Under the pieces are notes generated by a model, which saw only the letters and a list, made by a program, of their open reading frames with translations, was not told where the DNA came from and ran no database searches. The position numbers and the translations under genes were made by a program. From an uncultured Chloroflexia bacterium (GTDB taxonomy: Bacteria > Chloroflexota > Chloroflexia > Thermomicrobiales > UBA6265), in the NCBI GenBank assembly GCA_963724295.1, contig CAVRUC010000002.1, positions 96,001 through 160,000 on the forward strand: a stretch of 64,000 bases of DNA, given 5' to 3'. Of this stretch, positions 30,491-39,926 are shown piece by piece. The number at the start of each line of letters is the position of its first letter. Position 1 is the stretch's first letter.

Positions 30491-30926
30491 CGAGATGAAC
30501 AACCTCGACATCTGACCACGCCCGGGCCAGGCGTTCGGCGACGAGACGGCGGTGGCAGCGCTCCGGAGTGGGCTCGCTGCAGAGCAGGCAGCTCACGCGC
30601 TCCGCGAACAGGGTCCGATCGAGGGCGTCGGGGATACCCCGGTCGTCCATCAGGGCCTCGAAGCGCGGGACGTACCGTTCCCAGTCATGGTCTTTACGAT
30701 AGGCATCGCGAATCTCATCAGACGGGGCCAATTGCGGGAGATGGACGTAACCGGCGCCGTTGAGGCGCTTCAGAAACCAGGCCAGGTCGTCCTGCTTGGC
30801 GAACCCCGAGAGCTGCCCGCCGGGCTTGAGGCGGATGTCAACGACCTGCTCCACCCCATGCTCGGCGAGAAGTCCAAAGAAACGCTCGGCCGACTTCTGG
30901 GTGAACCCGATGGTGTAGAGCTTCAT
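30486..30926 (-). CDS. DUF488 family protein
   Basis: LYTIG, VDIR, CLLCSE..P..CHRRLVA, V.HL. Confidence 0.9.
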   Translation of the reverse strand: MKLYTIGFTQKSAERFFGLLAEHGVEQVVDIRLKPGGQLSGFAKQDDLAWFLKRLNGAGYVHLPQLAPSDEIRDAYRKDHDWERYVPRFEALMDDRGIPDALDRTLFAERVSCLLCSEPTPERCHRRLVAERLARAWSDVEVVHLG

Positions 30927-31065
30927 GGCGTGAGTCGAGAAGTCGAGGTGTCGGGAAGTCGAGGAGAAGATGGCACGTTGGTCAGACGGCAAGCCGGAGA
31001 AAATACCAATTGCTGATATGTCGTCACCGTGTCACGACAGCACCCTAACATCCCATCACCTTTGT

Positions 31066-31509
31066 CTATTCGTCCTCTGCCTCGACGATGGCGGCGATGA
31101 TCTCCTCTGGCGGTGGGGCGCCGGCGGCGCGATAGATGATGCGGCCGTCTTTGCCGACGACGACCACGGTCCGGCTGATACTTGTCCCTTCCGGCTTCAG
31201 CGCGTCATAGGCGCGCGCCACCTGCAGTCCTTCGTCGATCAGGAGATCGAAGGGCAGCTCCTGCTCCTCGATGAATGCCAGGTGACTGGCCGCGTCCGCC
31301 TGATTGACTCCGTAGGGCTCGGTGTCGATGGCTCGAAACGCGTCGACGGCGCCGCGCACGGCGGCGAGCTGGTTCGTTCAGCCTGCCGTGCGATCGGCCG
31401 GGTAAAAGAAGAGTGCCGCACGCCCTCTGCCGCGCAGCTCGGCCAGATCGAGTCCCGGACCTATCGTTCCCGGTAGTGAGAATGTGGGGGCCGCGTCGCC
31501 GACGTTCAT
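31066..31509 (-). CDS. bcp: BCP/PrxQ peroxiredoxin with in-frame TGA (candidate selenocysteine)
   Basis: VGDAAP.F.L, FFYPADRTAG-TGA-TNQ; frame continues to SH..F...LPF.LL.D...A.AY, RT.VV..DG.I. Confidence 0.85.
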
Positions 31510-31922
31510 CGCCGCTCCTTCGTTAAATTCGTCCCGAGTCATACACCGGCCGATGCACGCTTGATGCCAGTCTAGCGTCCAGATCAGTTCCTGCGTGGGA
31601 TCGTGGCTTGGGCGACGGGGCGTCTTTTTTGAGGCGCGACCACGTTTCATGGGTGAGCGATTCACGTGCGCACGGACGGGCTCTACTTCATCGCTCATCG
31701 GTCACGTGAGCCGGCGCTCCCTCATGTCGACTGTGGATGATTTCCTCGGGATAAGGGCCTGCAGGCGCCCGCCGGCTCGTTGTCAACGTGACGCGAGCTC
31801 AGCCCGCTTGACCCTAAACGCGGTCTCGGCTAGCGTTCCGGGGTCGTCCCGACAGGCGTTTCCGCGCTGATCCGCGTGCCCCGCGCCGCGCGAAAGAGCA
31901 GACAGGCAGCGAGGGCCGCACG

Positions 31923-32519
31923 ATGATCCTCTCCGATCGTGATATCCGCCGAGCGCTTGAGCAAGGGCGTATCCGCATCGACCCGATGCCGGATCTGGAG
32001 TCCTCACTCGGATCGGTGTCGATCGATTTCCGGCTCGGTACGACCTTCATGGTCTTCGAGCACAGCCGGCACTCCTACATCGACCCGCGGCAACCGCAGT
32101 CGATCGGCGACGCCATGAGGACGATCGAGTGTTCGTCGGATGAACCGTTCATGATGCAACCTGGTGATTTCGCGCTGGCCTCAACCGTGGAGAGCCTGGA
32201 ACTGCCGGATGACCTGCTGGGTCGCCTGGAAGGACGTTCGTCGATCGCGCGGTTGGGAATCACGGTCCACTCCACGGCGGCGGTGTTCGAGCCGGGCTGG
32301 ATCGGCACCGCGACGATGGAGTTGAGCAACCTGGGGCGGATGCCGGTGGCGCTCTACCCCGGGATGCGGATCTGCGCGTTCTCGTTTGAGGAAGTGAGCT
32401 CCTCTGTTTCGGTCCCCTATCGCCTCAAACGAGGCAACAAATACGCCGGCCAGATCACGCCCCGCGCCAGTTTGCTCGCCGACGAGAACCGAGCGCTCGC
32501 GGGACGCGGCCGGGGCTGA
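31923..32519 (+). CDS. dcd: dCTP deaminase
   Basis: MILSDRDI, SIDFRL, EGRSSIARLG.VHSTA, PGW.G, LYPGMRIC, KY.GQ. Confidence 0.95.
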   Translation: MILSDRDIRRALEQGRIRIDPMPDLESSLGSVSIDFRLGTTFMVFEHSRHSYIDPRQPQSIGDAMRTIECSSDEPFMMQPGDFALASTVESLELPDDLLGRLEGRSSIARLGITVHSTAAVFEPGWIGTATMELSNLGRMPVALYPGMRICAFSFEEVSSSVSVPYRLKRGNKYAGQITPRASLLADENRALAGRGRG

Positions 32520-32615
32520 ACTGGTCCGAGGCGTCGAATGTTCGGGCGCTTGTCGTCGATGAGCGCTTCCAGTGGCAGTTCGTGGACGACCAGCACGTCC
32601 TATCGGTCGGCTGGG

Positions 32616-32631
32616 TGTTTCACGTGAAACG
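32616..32631. other. parS site
   Basis: TGTTTCACGTGAAACG, 15/16 match to TGTTTCACGTGAAACA. Confidence 0.85.
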
Positions 32632-32709
32632 CATGGAGCATCCGGCTGGCGATAGTCTCCAAGGCTGGCAGATACTTCGGTAGAGGGAGTTATTCGGCAG
32701 CGCGAGATA

Positions 32710-33120
32710 GTGGAAACCAGGCGGGGTGCGCACGTGTCAGTCGAGATGCTGGAGCAAGTACGCGAGCGGATGCTGCCGATGTTGCGGCTGGTGGCGGAGG
32801 AATACCGGCCGCGTGTTGCCGAGGGCTACCCGATCGTCGTCGACTCGGTGGCGAACGGCGTGATCGGGATCGAGATCGATCCCAACTACGCTCTGTATGT
32901 GACCACCGATGGTAACGAGCTTTTCGCCGACTACTACGTTCGCTCATCCCGGATCGACGCGCGATCGTCGGCGAGCCGCGAGAAATTCTCTGGCTCACCC
33001 CTCTATGACCGCCGTCCATTCTCGGCATACACGACCGACATCCAGCTGCGAAACATGATCGCCGAGCTGATGGCGCGGCATAACTATCAGCCCGGACTGA
33101 TTCACATCTCAGACTCGTAA
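32710..33120 (+). CDS. Hypothetical protein
   Basis: 136-aa ORF with globular composition; no motif recognised. Confidence 0.65.
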   Translation: METRRGAHVSVEMLEQVRERMLPMLRLVAEEYRPRVAEGYPIVVDSVANGVIGIEIDPNYALYVTTDGNELFADYYVRSSRIDARSSASREKFSGSPLYDRRPFSAYTTDIQLRNMIAELMARHNYQPGLIHISDS

Positions 33121-33192
33121 CTTCGGCTGGGCGCTAGGCCAGCCCCGCTTTCGGCCTTCGTGACTCGTGTTTTTGGCCGGCCGTACTGCACG

Positions 33193-33257
33193 GTGTCATC
33201 CCGAGGAACGAGGGATCTCGTCGTTGTTCCATCTTCCCGTAGCAACCACGAGATTCC
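33193..33257. repeat. Gene-less copy of the GIY-YIG-flanking repeat
   Basis: gtgtcatcccgaggaacgagggatctcgtcg ... acgagattcc. Confidence 0.75.
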
Positions 33258-33300
33258 ACCTGTTTCGAAATCACGTCTAAGATTGTGTTTCACCCGGTCA

Positions 33301-33316
33301 GGTTTCACGTGAAACC
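33301..33316. other. parS site
   Basis: Perfect palindrome GGTTTCACGTGAAACC. Confidence 0.85.
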
Positions 33317-33329
33317 CTGCAACCTCCCG

Positions 33330-33785
33330 CTACTCCAGCACCCAGCGATCACTCTCCCGCTCCCACGACGGCAGATCCCGGCCGGCGAAAAAGAGCGCCA
33401 CCTCCCGATCCGCACTCTCGGGTGCGTCCGAGCCGTGAATCAAGTTCCGCCCGGTCATCAATCCGAGATCGCCGCGAACCGTCCCCGGCGCCGCCTCGAC
33501 CGGATTCGTCTTGCCCATCGTGGCGCGTGTCACCGCCACGGCGTTCGGCCCCTCGAGCACCATCAAGACCACCGGACCCGACGTGATGTAGTCGATCAGT
33601 CCCGCATAGAACGGCTTGCCCTCGTGCTCGCCATAGTGACGGGCCGCCACGTCGCGATCTATGGTGCACATGTCGAGCCCCACGATCTTCAATCCGCGCC
33701 GCTCCAGCCGTCCGATGATCTCGCCCGTCAAGCCGCGTTGCACCGCGTCCGGCTTCAGAATCACCAGGGTCCGTTCAGCTGCCAC
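33330..33785 (-). CDS. ndk: Nucleoside diphosphate kinase
   Basis: ERTLVILKPDAVQRGL, HYGEH, PGTVRGD, NLIHGSD. Confidence 0.97.
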   Translation of the reverse strand: MAAERTLVILKPDAVQRGLTGEIIGRLERRGLKIVGLDMCTIDRDVAARHYGEHEGKPFYAGLIDYITSGPVVLMVLEGPNAVAVTRATMGKTNPVEAAPGTVRGDLGLMTGRNLIHGSDAPESADREVALFFAGRDLPSWERESDRWVLE

Positions 33786-33987
33786 CGCCTGCACTCCTCC
33801 CCGTCTCCGAATTTCCGCCACCATCCGGCGATGAACTCGTTTCACGTGCCACGACCGGCGCCGGCCGTCGCTTTTTCGGCCGGTAGCGCACCTGATCGAG
33901 CGACCAGATCGTCACCACCACCGCGATGATCAGCGGAATCACGATCACCGCCACCGTCACCACCCACTCTCGCGTCTGCACCCTCAT
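33775..33987 (-). CDS. Small single-pass membrane protein
   Basis: GGAAAGG before ATG; one hydrophobic helix then a basic tail; overlaps ndk start. Confidence 0.55.
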   Translation of the reverse strand: MRVQTREWVVTVAVIVIPLIIAVVVTIWSLDQVRYRPKKRRPAPVVARETSSSPDGGGNSETGRSAGGGS

Positions 33988-34088
33988 CCTTTCCGTGCCA
34001 TCGACCAGCCTCTCGGTCGAGCATACCTCGTGCGACTCACGCTTCCTCGGCACTTCGCCTTGGACCTCTCAGTCGCGTGTCGCACGTC

Positions 34089-34850
34089 TCAGGCCAGAAA
34101 TCCAAGGACCAGATAGACGACCAGGAACTGCAGCGCGGTTGCCGCCAGATACCCACCCGGCCACCGCCGCAGCCCGAACGAGACCGCGCCGACCACCAGC
34201 CCGAGTGCCGCGCCACCGGCAAACGAAAGCGCCAGACTCTCCGCCGCCAGCGACGACGCGGTCAGAAAAAGGTCGCGCAATCCCCAGGAGAGACCAAACA
34301 GCGCGATCGGCAGCATCTGCGTTGCGCCGGCCGAGACGGACCGTCCAGCCACACCAAAATTGATGGCCTGATACGCGGCCGCGTCGGCCAGGCCGAAGGC
34401 CTCGAGCTTGAGCACCGGGATGAACGGACCCTGGAGCATGCGCAGAATGGCCACCGCGGTTGCCACGCCCACGATCAGGATGGTGGCTTGTTCGCGCAAT
34501 CGGCGATCGCGCTCACTCGTCGCTTCGGCGGTGCGCACCGCCATGTCGCTCGGCAAACCCTCCGGACGCTGGGCGAGATAGGCGAGCGCGAGGAGCGCCG
34601 CCAGCAACGGCGCCGCAAGTCGCACCCAGAACCAGGGGAGCGGCGTCAGGGCGATGGGTACGGCGGGGGCGCCCAGGACCACGACCACCAATGGCCAGAC
34701 CCCATGCTGGACCAGCGTCAGATTCAGCCAGCGGTACGCGCGGCGAAATGCGGACAAGCCTTCGTTAGCCAGCGACGCGTCCGCCATGGCTCGCGCATGA
34801 GGCTGACGGAGCTGGCGCGGGCTTTCTCTCTCCGGGTCGCGGTTGAGCAT
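34089..34850 (-). CDS. Hypothetical membrane protein
   Basis: Several hydrophobic segments. Confidence 0.6.
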   Translation of the reverse strand: MLNRDPERESPRQLRQPHARAMADASLANEGLSAFRRAYRWLNLTLVQHGVWPLVVVVLGAPAVPIALTPLPWFWVRLAAPLLAALLALAYLAQRPEGLPSDMAVRTAEATSERDRRLREQATILIVGVATAVAILRMLQGPFIPVLKLEAFGLADAAAYQAINFGVAGRSVSAGATQMLPIALFGLSWGLRDLFLTASSLAAESLALSFAGGAALGLVVGAVSFGLRRWPGGYLAATALQFLVVYLVLGFLA

Positions 34851-35005
34851 GGGCGAATCCTACCCGCTCATGCCGACGCCGGAACCCATACACGGTCATC
34901 CGCGGTTCCGATCATCGCTGGATCGTTGCACCCCCGGCCTGTGCTTCTCAGTCCAACGCGCACTGATGGAACCAAAGCGGTGCTCAGCGCCCACTTCGCA
35001 CAACA

Positions 35006-35089
35006 TGTCATTCCGTTGAGAACGCTAGCGAGGAATCTCGTCGTTCCTCAACCAGACTTGACACGAGCCGCCTCGTTCCCCGGGATGAC
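35006..35089. repeat. Degenerate inverted pair of the GTCAT..CC repeat
   Basis: tgtcattccg...cgaggaatctcgtcg and cctcgttccccgggatgac. Confidence 0.6.
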
Positions 35090-35107
35090 CGAGTTGCCGT
35101 CGCCGAC

Positions 35108-35830
35108 TTAGGAAGAGGCCTCCAGGCCGATCAACGCCGGAAGCCCCGAGAGATCGGGCAGTTCGTCGTAGGGGCCGTAGGCCGGATCGCCGGTCTTTCC
35201 GTAGCGGTTGATCCAGACGCGCCTCCAGCCGAGCGCATGGGCGGGCACGATGTCGTACTCGAAGCCCTGAGCCACGTGCAGAATCTCATCGGACTGGCAT
35301 CCCAACGCTCGCAAGGCATAGCCGAAGATGACCGGCGAGGGTTTGTAGGCGCCTGCCTGTTCCGCCGTGATGACGCGATCGATGGGCACGCCGATATTCG
35401 CCATGTTGCGGGCCATGATGTCGTCGTCGCTGTTGGTGATGATCGCCAGCTTGCAGTGCTGGCGGAGCCGTTCCAGCGCCGGTGGTACGTCGGGATACGG
35501 TCCCCAGGTCGGCACGGCGGCGAGCAACGCATCCCCGTCCCCGTCCTGATAGGCGAGGCCGTACTCGCGCATGGTCTGCGCAAGCGTCTCTCGTAGGACG
35601 TCGCGATAGCGCTGGTAGGGACCGGATGTCGTGGTGCGAAAGCGCAACGCCTCGAACGCGGCAAGGAACTCGTTGATATCGACGTCGTCCGCTCGTGTCC
35701 CGAGAATCTCCCGCGTCACGCGATCGATGGGATATTCGACGAGCGTGTCATAACAATCAAACGTGATCCAGGCAGGGAGTTTCACGCACGTCCCCAAACG
35801 CGAGACAGGCTCAGTCCATGACCGCGGCAA
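35108..35830 (-). CDS. HAD-family hydrolase (haloacid dehalogenase type II); start uncertain
   Basis: TFDCYDTLV, ITNSD, YKP, LHVAQ..YDI.PA. Confidence 0.88.
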   Translation of the reverse strand: MPRSWTEPVSRLGTCVKLPAWITFDCYDTLVEYPIDRVTREILGTRADDVDINEFLAAFEALRFRTTTSGPYQRYRDVLRETLAQTMREYGLAYQDGDGDALLAAVPTWGPYPDVPPALERLRQHCKLAIITNSDDDIMARNMANIGVPIDRVITAEQAGAYKPSPVIFGYALRALGCQSDEILHVAQGFEYDIVPAHALGWRRVWINRYGKTGDPAYGPYDELPDLSGLPALIGLEASS

Positions 35831-35895
35831 TCGCGGGCATCGCGGACCAGGTCAAGTGCCCCGTTCTGTTGCGGGTATGCGGAACGATTCCGCGG

Positions 35896-37243
35896 CTACC
35901 CAAACGCGATCGTTAGCGGATTCTCCAGGTAGCGTTTCACGGTCTGCAGGTAACGCGCGACTTCGGCGCCGTCGGTGACCCGATGGTCGGCGGAAAGGGT
36001 GATATTCATCCGCTTGCCGGGGACGATCTCACCGTCCTCGACCACCGGCACGTCCATGATCGAGCCGATGGCCAGGATCGCAGCCTGCGGCGGGTTGATG
36101 ATGGCGATGAACTCACCCACGTCGAACATACCCAGGTTGGAGACGGTGAAGGTGCCGCCCTGGTACTCGTCCGGCGTGAGACCGCCGTTGCGGGCGCGCC
36201 CAACCAGATCCTTCGTCATGCGGGCGATGGCGATCAGCCCCTTCTGATCGGCGTCAGGCACGAAGGGCGCGATCAACCCACCTTCGATCGCCACCGCGAC
36301 GTTGATGTCGATGTTCGGGTGCTCGACGAGCTGGTCGTTCTCGAGCGAGGCGTTGAGATTCGGGTACTCCCGCAGCGCCAGCGCCGCCGCCTTGATGATC
36401 AGGTCGTTGAACGAGACCTTGGCCGCGTCGTCCGGCGCCTGGGCATTGATCTGCTCGCGCAGTGCCGCGGCGGGAGCCATATCGACTTCTGAAGTGACAT
36501 AAAAATGGGGTGCTGCTGCCTTCGACTCCGCCATGCGGCGGCCCGTGGTGCGGCGGATCTTGCTCAGCTCGCGGGGCACACCCGCCGGTCGCCCGGACGG
36601 CCCGGGCGTTGCCGCCGGTGCGGCAGCCGGTGCTCGCGCCGGCGCGGGCGTCGCGGTCTGGTCCGGAGCAGGGGAGACGCGCGGCGCGCCGGTGAGCAGC
36701 GCGGCGATATCGTCGCGCACGATGCGCCCGCCCGGACCGGTGCCGGACACGCTGGAGAGATCGATGCCGTGTTCGGCGGCCAGGCGCTTCACCAGGGGCG
36801 AGGCACGCAGCCGTTCTCCGGAGCCGGTTGCCGCTGCTACTGGGGCTGCCTGCACCGGCGCCGGCGCCGGGACATCGGCAGCGGCCCGCCCGTTGGCGCC
36901 GCTGGCGGCTGCCGCCACTGGCTCCGGTTCCGCTGCCGGCGCGGGATTCAGCGACAGGGGCCTCTTCGGCTGCTTCCGCCGGCTGCGCGCTGGCCGCGAC
37001 GTCGGCGCTCTCTTCACCGATGGCGGCGATCGGCGTGCCGATCGGCACCGTCGCGCCCTCGTCGACGTAGGTCTTGCTCAGCACGCCGGCCTCGGTCGCC
37101 TCGATCTCGAGCGAGACCTTGTCGGTTTCGATCTCGGCCAGTGGGTCCCCGACGGCGATTTCGTCGCCGACCTGCTTCAGCCAGCGGAGGAGCGTGCCCT
37201 CTTCCATCGCGTCGCCCATCTTGGGCATGATGACGTTCGGCAT
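35896..37243 (-). CDS. pdhC: Pyruvate dehydrogenase E2 (frameshift near 36970)
   Basis: Lipoyl motif [30 protein letters not shown]. Confidence 0.92.
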
Positions 37244-37262
37244 CGGGGTTTCCCTCTCAGTG

Positions 37263-38240
37263 CTACCGATAGAGGACGCGGTGCACGGCGTCGATCACCT
37301 GCTGCTCGTTCGGGAACGCCGCGATCTCCAGATTGCGGGCGTAGGGGGCCGGTGCTTCCGCGCCGCTGACGCGCTCCACCGGAGCATCGAGATCGTCGAA
37401 CGCCTGCTCCTGAACGAGGGCGGCCACCTCGGAGGCGACGCTGTACCAGCGCCATTGCTCCTGCACCACCACCGCCCGGTGCGTCTTGCGTACCGATGCG
37501 ACCAGGGTCTGCTCGTCGAAGGGGCGGATCGAGCGCAGGTCGATCACCTCGGCCGAGATTCCGTCTTCGGCCAGCCGGTCCGCTACCCGCAGCAGCATGT
37601 TCACCTGGCGTCCGTAGCCGACCAGCGTGACATCATCCCCCTCGCGGGCGACCCGCGCCTTGCCGAACGGCACCAGCACCTCGCCCTCCGGAACCTCGCC
37701 TTTGGTGCCGTAGAGCGCGCCCGCCTCCAGGAAGATGACCGGGTTGGGCTCGCGGATGGCGGTCAGCATCATCCCCTTGGCGTCGTGCGGCGTCACCGGG
37801 GAGACCACCTTCAGCCCGGGGAAGTGCCCGTAGAACCCTTCCAGGCTATGGGTGTGCTGCGCCGAGAGCTGCACGCCGCCGCCGTTTGGACCGCGGATCA
37901 CCATCGGCACGCCCGCCTGACCGGCTGAGAAATAGCGCAGCTTGGCCGCGTTCTGGATGATCTGGTCGACGGCCTGGAAGGAGAAGTTCCAGGTCATCAT
38001 CTCGACGATGGGGCGCATCCCCATCATCGCCATGCCGATCGCGGCGCCGGTGAAGCCTCCCTCGGCGATCGGCGTGTCGATCACCCGCTTCGGCCCGAAT
38101 CGGTCCAGTAGGCCATCGGTCACCAGATGCGTGCCACCATAGACGCCGATGTCCTCACCCAGGATGACGACCGACTCGTCGCGCTCCATCTCTTCCGCCA
38201 TGGCCGAGCGCAACGCCTCGCGATAGGTCATGACGGGCAT
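37263..38240 (-). CDS. pdhB: Pyruvate dehydrogenase E1 beta
   Basis: TYREAL, GEDIG, DTPIAE, AQH, IDLRSIRP. Confidence 0.93.
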   Translation of the reverse strand: MPVMTYREALRSAMAEEMERDESVVILGEDIGVYGGTHLVTDGLLDRFGPKRVIDTPIAEGGFTGAAIGMAMMGMRPIVEMMTWNFSFQAVDQIIQNAAKLRYFSAGQAGVPMVIRGPNGGGVQLSAQHTHSLEGFYGHFPGLKVVSPVTPHDAKGMMLTAIREPNPVIFLEAGALYGTKGEVPEGEVLVPFGKARVAREGDDVTLVGYGRQVNMLLRVADRLAEDGISAEVIDLRSIRPFDEQTLVASVRKTHRAVVVQEQWRWYSVASEVAALVQEQAFDDLDAPVERVSGAEAPAPYARNLEIAAFPNEQQVIDAVHRVLYR

Positions 38241-38249
38241 GGGGTTCTC

Positions 38250-38460
38250 CGGGGTGATGGGACGATCGGGTGATGGGTGATGGGTGATAGGTGATAGGGG
38301 CTGGGTGGCTGGGTGGCTGGGTGGCTGGGTGGCTGGGTGGCTGGGACGGACGGCGAAGTGGCGCCACTCGGCGGAATCCAGATGACCCGCGACCCCGCGA
38401 CCCCGCGACCCTGCCACCTTGTTTCCATCACGACCCCATCACCCATGACCTATGACCCAT
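38250..38460. repeat. Composite 7/8-nt arrays between pdhA and pdhB
   Basis: (ggtgatg)n, (gggtggct)x5, (accccgcg)x2-3, (acccatc/g)n. Confidence 0.85.
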
Positions 38461-39583
38461 CACCCTCGGCATAGACATCCGTATACAGCTCTTTCAACGC
38501 CGGTTCCGGGCTCTCCTCGGCGAATCTCACCGCCTCGTCGACGACCGCCCTGGCCTCCGCCTTGATCTCGTCCAGCGTCGCTTCTTCCACACCGGCTTCC
38601 AGCAGCCGCGCTTCGACCTGACCGATCGGGTCGCGCTTGCGCCACTCCGCGATCTCCTCCTTGGTGCGATACCGCTCCAGGAAGTCGGCGGCGCCGTGCG
38701 GGGCGATGCGGTAGGTCATCGCTTCGATGGCATAGGGAGCTCCCGTCTCCCGCACCCGCTTTGTCGCTCGCTCGGCCACCTCCAGCACGGCGAAGAGGTC
38801 CATGCCGTCGACGTCTTCATGCTCGATGCCATAGGAGTCGAACTTGGCGGAGAGGTCGGTCATCGCCGTGGCGCGCTCGACGCTGGTGCCCATCCCGTAG
38901 TTGTTGTTCTCCAGAATGAACAGGGTCGGATTCATCCCGTCGCGTCCCCACAGCCCGGACAGGTTCGCCGCCTCGTGGAATGCGCCGTTGTGGATGGCAC
39001 CGTCGCCCAGATAGAGCTGAACGATGCCGTCCGTCTCCTGGTAGCGTAGGGCGTAGGCCATACCGACTCCCAGCGGAATATGCCCGCCCACGATGCCGTA
39101 GCCGCCCCACAACCCGTTCTCGACGTCGAACAGGTGCATCGAGCCGCCCTTGCCCTTTACCAGGCCGGTGCCCTTGCCGTACAGCTCGGCCATCACTTCG
39201 TTGGGGTGACTGCCGAGGAGAAGTGCGTGGGCGTGATCCCGGTAGGCGGTGATGATCTTGTCCGTACCCTCGTAGAACGAGAGAAATCCAGTGGCGACGG
39301 CCTCCTGCCCACTGTAGAGATGGAGATAACCGCCGACCTTCCCCTGCCGGAAACCGCGCTGGGCGGCATCCTCGAAGAAGCGGATCGTGTTCATCTTCCG
39401 GTAGAGGTCAAGCGTGGTTTCGGTGTCCAGGGCCTGGGGTTCGGCCCCGTTCCGTGATGGGGACCTCCGTCCCGGTCCCTTTCGCGTCTGTGTCCCCGCA
39501 CCTGCCTGTGCGCTTGTGGCTACGGGACCGTCGTCTGACGACGACGGCTTTCTCCTCCGGCTCTGGCCCTTCGTTGTCGCCAT
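38450..39583 (-). CDS. pdhA: Pyruvate dehydrogenase E1 alpha
   Basis: GYLHLYSGQEA, YRDH, GKGGSMH, GDGA...ENN TPP motif. Confidence 0.93.
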   Translation of the reverse strand: MATTKGQSRRRKPSSSDDGPVATSAQAGAGTQTRKGPGRRSPSRNGAEPQALDTETTLDLYRKMNTIRFFEDAAQRGFRQGKVGGYLHLYSGQEAVATGFLSFYEGTDKIITAYRDHAHALLLGSHPNEVMAELYGKGTGLVKGKGGSMHLFDVENGLWGGYGIVGGHIPLGVGMAYALRYQETDGIVQLYLGDGAIHNGAFHEAANLSGLWGRDGMNPTLFILENNNYGMGTSVERATAMTDLSAKFDSYGIEHEDVDGMDLFAVLEVAERATKRVRETGAPYAIEAMTYRIAPHGAADFLERYRTKEEIAEWRKRDPIGQVEARLLEAGVEEATLDEIKAEARAVVDEAVRFAEESPEPALKELYTDVYAEGDGS

Positions 39584-39926
39584 GCGCTCGCCTCTCGCGC
39601 CTCCGGCGGATCGCGCCCGTGGTCGCGTCGCGGAATCAATGCTCGTGCCTTGAGGCGGCACGCGGTATCAGGCGGCCGCGCCGCCCGGATCGTTCCGGGA
39701 ATTGTACTGTACGGCTCGCGCCTCTCTTGACGTGGCGCGCGCATCACCACATGGACAGCAGGACTCGTGCCGCCCGGAACGGCGCCGTGAGAGGATATCG
39801 GCAATGACTCGGCGGATGGCCGATTTCGGCATGGGAATAAATCGCGGGATGAGCCATGGTGACGAGTCGGGATCGGCTGAATAGAGCGAGTGCGGCAGTC
39901 CAAGTCCTCTCCATCAGGAGACGACG

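Noticed and set aside
31510..31698. N-terminal extension of the peroxiredoxin ORF and TCACGTG cores as extra parS sites
   Set aside because: AAGGAG precedes ATG 31509, matching normal BCP length; the cores lack the GTTT/AAAC flanks.
31845..31920. ZMP/ZTP riboswitch upstream of dcd
   Set aside because: Only cgacaggcg resembles the motif; the 3' CGCCUGGG pseudoknot hairpin is absent.
38250..38460. CRISPR array (also other repeat loci)
   Set aside because: Units are 7-8 nt with no unique spacers, and no cas genes are present.
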